Shown here piece by piece: positions 59,564-62,901 of a DNA stretch of 62,901 nt. Made by a program: the position numbers and the translations under genes. Numbering within the stretch: the first letter of the stretch is position 1; each line of letters starts with the position of its first letter. The stretch comes from Candidatus Humimicrobium oleiphilum (GTDB taxonomy: Bacteria; Actinomycetota; Humimicrobiia; Humimicrobiales; Humimicrobiaceae): the NCBI GenBank assembly GCA_002304935.1, contig DBPS01000051.1:25861-88761 (forward strand), written 5' to 3'. The notes below the pieces were generated by a model, which made no database searches, had not been told where the DNA came from, and worked only from the letters and a program-made list of their open reading frames with translations.

Positions 59564-60250
59564 ATGGATGAAATAAATAAAATAAAAGAAAATTTAAAAA
59601 AGATAAGATTTAATATCAAAGATACCTGCAGCAGGACAGGCAGAGATGTCGGAAGCGTCAGGCTTCTTATTGCATCCAAATATGCAGATGTAGAACAGAT
59701 AAAAAATTTGTACATGCTTGGATTAAGGGAATTCGGAGAGAACAGAGCGGAAGATATGGCAAAAAAGTCGGAGGCAATAGAAAAAGATGCAGTCTGGCAT
59801 TTCATAGGACATCTTCAGTCAAATAAAATTAAAAGAGTGGTACCTGTTGCAGAATGTATACACTCGGTAGACAGTATTAACACAATTTCTGCCATCGATT
59901 CCTATTGTAAAAAAATTAACAAGATACAGAAAATATTAATAGAGGTAAATCTTTCAGGCGAAGATACCAAATATGGTTTAATGGCAAATGATGTTAACAA
60001 TTTTTTCAAAGATGCGCTAAAATATAATAATATTGAAATAAATGGTCTTATGACAATGGCACCTTTTACAGAAGATACTGAAGCCATTAGAAAAGTTTTT
60101 AAAAATTTAAGATTGATAAAAGAAGATCTGGAATCAGACAACAGAAATCTAAAGCTCAAAGAACTTTCAATGGGTATGAGCAATGATTATGTAACAGCAA
60201 TAGAGGAAGGTTCTACAATAATAAGAATAGGCTCTGCAGTTTTTAGATAA
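59564..60250 (+). CDS. yggS: PLP homeostasis protein YggS (YlmE)
   Basis: ASKY, FGENR, WHFIGHLQSNK, HSVD, GLMTMAP, LSMGMSNDY, EGST-IRIG. Confidence 0.95.
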   Translation: MDEINKIKENLKKIRFNIKDTCSRTGRDVGSVRLLIASKYADVEQIKNLYMLGLREFGENRAEDMAKKSEAIEKDAVWHFIGHLQSNKIKRVVPVAECIHSVDSINTISAIDSYCKKINKIQKILIEVNLSGEDTKYGLMANDVNNFFKDALKYNNIEINGLMTMAPFTEDTEAIRKVFKNLRLIKEDLESDNRNLKLKELSMGMSNDYVTAIEEGSTIIRIGSAVFR

Positions 60251-60273
60251 AATAAATAGTTTAAGGAGATTTT

Positions 60274-60807
60274 ATGCCAGGTTTTTTCAGAAAAACATTG
60301 TCTTTCTTGGGTTTTATTGATGAGGATTATGAAGAGCCTGCACCTAAAAAAAGTCCTGCCGGCAACAGAAGGGAGTATAGCTCCAGAAATAATAATTCAT
60401 CAGTAAAAAACGTTTTGGAAGTTTATCGAAACGATGACAGAAATATTGATGAAAGTAAAAAGACCGGCAGCGGCTGGTTCAGATCTTCAAGAAAAGTCAC
60501 TAATCTTGAGGAAGTCAAGATGGAAAAAAAGACCAAAGTTTTTGTAATCGAACCAAACGGATATGAAGATTCCCAGATAATCGGTGACAAATTCAAATCT
60601 GATATTCCTGTAATAGTGAATCTTCAAAATGAAAACCCTGAAACATCCAAGAGAATTATAGATTTTTGCAGCGGCCTTACCTATGCTTTAAACGGAAGCA
60701 TAGAAAAAGTAGCTGAAAAAGTTTTTCTGATTACCCCTTATAATGTAGAGGTAACTTCAGAGGAAAAAGAGATGCTAAAAGAAAAAGGTTTTTATGAAGA
60801 AATATAA
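60274..60807 (+). CDS. sepF: Cell division protein SepF
   Basis: N-terminal amphipathic FFRKTLSFLGF; PVIVNL, KRIIDFCSGLTYALNGSIEKVA--VFLITP. Confidence 0.93.
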   Translation: MPGFFRKTLSFLGFIDEDYEEPAPKKSPAGNRREYSSRNNNSSVKNVLEVYRNDDRNIDESKKTGSGWFRSSRKVTNLEEVKMEKKTKVFVIEPNGYEDSQIIGDKFKSDIPVIVNLQNENPETSKRIIDFCSGLTYALNGSIEKVAEKVFLITPYNVEVTSEEKEMLKEKGFYEEI

Positions 60808-61612
60808 GCTTGGAATTATTGGAATGGGCAATATGGCTTCTGCAATTGTCAGGGGCGTTGCTGACTCTTTTTTTTTAAACACTAAAGATATCTGCTTTTA
60901 TGATACCGATAATGAAAAAGTGCAAAAATCATCATTATCTTTAAAAATGGATTCCTGCAGCGATATCAGAGAAGTTTTTCTGTCATCAGAATTTGTGCTT
61001 CTTGCATTTAAACCCCAAAACCTTAAAGAAAGCTCTTCAATGATTGCCAGCTATTTTAATACTGATAGTAATATACTATTAAGCATACTGGCTGGAATTC
61101 CCATAAAATATTTTGAGGAATTGATTTCAGAAAAAGCAAAGATCATAAGAATAATGCCTAATGCACCTGTCTTAATCAATAAAGGAGTGTCTGCAATTTC
61201 ATTTAATTCAAATATTTCTTCTTCTCAGAAAGATTTTGCAATAAAAATGTTTGGATGTATAGGGAAGACAGTTGTAATTGATGAAAAATATCAAAATCTT
61301 GTGATTGCTTTAAGCGGGAGCAGCCCTGCATATTTTTATCTTATTTGCAAGTATATGGTGGATTTTGGCATAAAAAAAGGAATAGACAAAAAACTTGCAA
61401 AAAAACTGGTCACCGGAAGCATGATAGGCAGCGGAGAGATGCTTGAAAATATTGGTGATGATTTTAATGAAATGATAGTAAAAGTTGCTTCAAAAGGAGG
61501 GACTACGGAAAAAGCTCTTGAAAGTTTTAAAAAAAATGATCTTAAAGAAATAATTAATGATGCCATGGAAAGTGCGTTGAAAAGAGCATATGAAATGGAA
61601 GATTCATTATAA
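60794..61612 (+). CDS. proC: Pyrroline-5-carboxylate reductase
   Basis: GIIGMGNMA, LAFKPQ, SILAG, RIMPN, SGSSPAY, VASKGGTT. Confidence 0.93.
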   Translation: MKKYKLGIIGMGNMASAIVRGVADSFFLNTKDICFYDTDNEKVQKSSLSLKMDSCSDIREVFLSSEFVLLAFKPQNLKESSSMIASYFNTDSNILLSILAGIPIKYFEELISEKAKIIRIMPNAPVLINKGVSAISFNSNISSSQKDFAIKMFGCIGKTVVIDEKYQNLVIALSGSSPAYFYLICKYMVDFGIKKGIDKKLAKKLVTGSMIGSGEMLENIGDDFNEMIVKVASKGGTTEKALESFKKNDLKEIINDAMESALKRAYEMEDSL

Positions 61613-61636
61613 AATTTAATTTTAACAGGAGGAATC

Positions 61637-62497
61637 ATGAATTTAAATTCGGAATATATACAGAAAAAAGAATTCCATACAGTTTTTAAAGGATACAGCA
61701 TGGAAGAAGTAGATAAATTTCTGGATATACTTGCTGTTGAATTCGATAGATTGATAAAGAAAAATAAAGAATTGCAGGATAATCTTGATAAAATGAGATT
61801 TGAAAATCCCTCCCAGGGTGAAGATGTATCAAGGCTTGTCTCTGATGTTCTGGTTTCGGCTCATAAAGTAGCTGATGAAATCAAGAGAAAGGCTGAAATA
61901 GAAGCAAAGGAAATGATTGAAGAGAAAAAAGGCACTGAAGAATTGGAAATAAACAGCCTGATTGAAAGAAAAAGAACAATTGATGAACAGCTGCAGCTAA
62001 CCCAGGGTATTTATAAAGATTTTCTTACAGATATAAAATCTTCTTTAAATGAAATTTCTTTAAAAGTAGAAGATATTGAAAAAAAATTCAAACAAAAACC
62101 AATTGCAAAAACAGCTGATGAAGATGTTTATCCTTCTTTAAAGAAAGATGATTTAAAGACTGAGGCAATGCAGGCTGAAGATGCTGATAAATATGACAGG
62201 AAAGATGATTCTTACATAAGTAATGAAGCTGATATTCCGCAATCTGAAAGCCAGGACAGAGTAATTGAATTTGAGGAAGATAAAAAAATAAGAGATTTTA
62301 TTGAAAGCGGGAATATAGAAGAAGAACAAAATGTTCCTGACAGGGATTTTGATCAGTTGCACGATTCAAGGACAGAAAAAAAGATCTTTGATGAATTTGA
62401 AGAAGAAAAAATACATAAAGATAAAAGAAAAAATGATATTGGAAACCCCGATATAATTGATGAATTTTTTGGGGACAATGAAGAAAGAAAATATTAG
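61637..62497 (+). CDS. divIVA: DivIVA-domain protein with long acidic C-terminal region
   Basis: KEF--VFKGYSMEEVDKFLD, coiled coil, LVSAHKVADEI--KAE-EA; AGGAGG RBS. Confidence 0.85.
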   Translation: MNLNSEYIQKKEFHTVFKGYSMEEVDKFLDILAVEFDRLIKKNKELQDNLDKMRFENPSQGEDVSRLVSDVLVSAHKVADEIKRKAEIEAKEMIEEKKGTEELEINSLIERKRTIDEQLQLTQGIYKDFLTDIKSSLNEISLKVEDIEKKFKQKPIAKTADEDVYPSLKKDDLKTEAMQAEDADKYDRKDDSYISNEADIPQSESQDRVIEFEEDKKIRDFIESGNIEEEQNVPDRDFDQLHDSRTEKKIFDEFEEEKIHKDKRKNDIGNPDIIDEFFGDNEERKY

Positions 62498-62750
62498 GAT
62501 ATTAGTAAAACCCGGCTCATCAAAAACGGAAATTATAGGTATGCATGATGGAATGGTTAAAGTGAGAGTTTCTTCTCAGCCGGAAAAAGGAAAAGCAAAC
62601 AAGGAACTTATAGATTTTATATCTGTAAAATTACGGATACCTAAAAAAGAAATTAAAATAGTTTCCGGAGAATTTTCAAATATAAAAAGCCTTGAAATAA
62701 AAGGATTCTGCCAGGATTCCTTTATAAAACTTATCTCAGAAAATCAGTAA
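62478..62750 (+). CDS. DUF167 (YggU-family) protein; ATG 62478 preferred
   Basis: VKPGSS, V-SQPEKGKAN-EL, I-SGEFSN-K. Confidence 0.88.
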   Translation: MKKENIRILVKPGSSKTEIIGMHDGMVKVRVSSQPEKGKANKELIDFISVKLRIPKKEIKIVSGEFSNIKSLEIKGFCQDSFIKLISENQ

Positions 62751-62901
62751 AGCATCTATTCACATGAAAATATACTAAATAAGCCTATAATAACCGTATA
62801 TTATTTATAATATAGTCTGTAAATTTATTTGATAAATAATATAACTCATTATAACAAATAAAAACTAATCAATACTAATATTATATAATAATAATATATA
62901 A

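Noticed and set aside
101-62497. The many 60-140 aa ORFs overlapping assigned genes on other frames or strands (e.g. 14807-15232, 22759-23178, 30400-30804, 35848-36297)
   Set aside because: All are nested in well-supported CDSs, with no recognisable motifs
62797-62814. TATATTAT-TT-ATAATATA dyad in the very AT-rich window end
   Set aside because: Low complexity, and downstream context is outside the window
1-62901. CRISPR arrays, tRNA/rRNA, IS elements, integrases, defence or toxin-antitoxin genes
   Set aside because: No spaced direct repeats, cloverleaf-like GC stems, transposase or nuclease motifs found; intergenic gaps are short and AT-rich

Overview
AT-rich bacterial chromosome segment, densely coding and almost all housekeeping. 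I saw no rRNA, tRNA, CRISPR array, IS/transposase, integrase or prophage gene. The gene content (flavodiiron protein, Isf, two DUF362 ferredoxin proteins, a methyl-THF:corrinoid methyltransferase domain, a corrinoid/iron ABC importer) points to an anaerobe. SepF, DivIVA and FmdB suggest a monoderm/Terrabacteria lineage; this is inference and the taxonomy cannot be fixed from the window. In order: dhaL-dhaK; fprA; BtuC/BtuD-like importer; DUF362; alpha/beta hydrolase and UPF0104 membrane protein; a soluble GAF-PAS kinase with a single-domain receiver behind glgA; a divergent glycogen cluster (glgB, GH57/DUF3536, malQ, glgC); DUF362-copZ-copA-isf-tlpA-lgt; queH; hisD-hisC-methyltransferase; an orphan MsmX/MalK ATPase; a geranylgeranyl-reductase-family gene followed by metallophosphoesterase-cpgS-2-phosphoglycerate kinase; four small poorly characterised genes; xseAB; and a complete 16-gene dcw cluster continued by pgeF-yggS-sepF-proC-divIVA-DUF167. 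The standout is an archaeal-type cyclic 2,3-diphosphoglycerate (cDPG) synthesis pair in a bacterium. It overlaps a calcineurin-like phosphoesterase that is a good candidate for the cDPG hydrolase, whose gene is unassigned to my knowledge. Second is a two-component system with no DNA-binding output embedded in the glycogen locus. All calls come from motif recognition by eye; no database searches were run. Several starts were moved from the ORF track to codons with better RBS or homology support.
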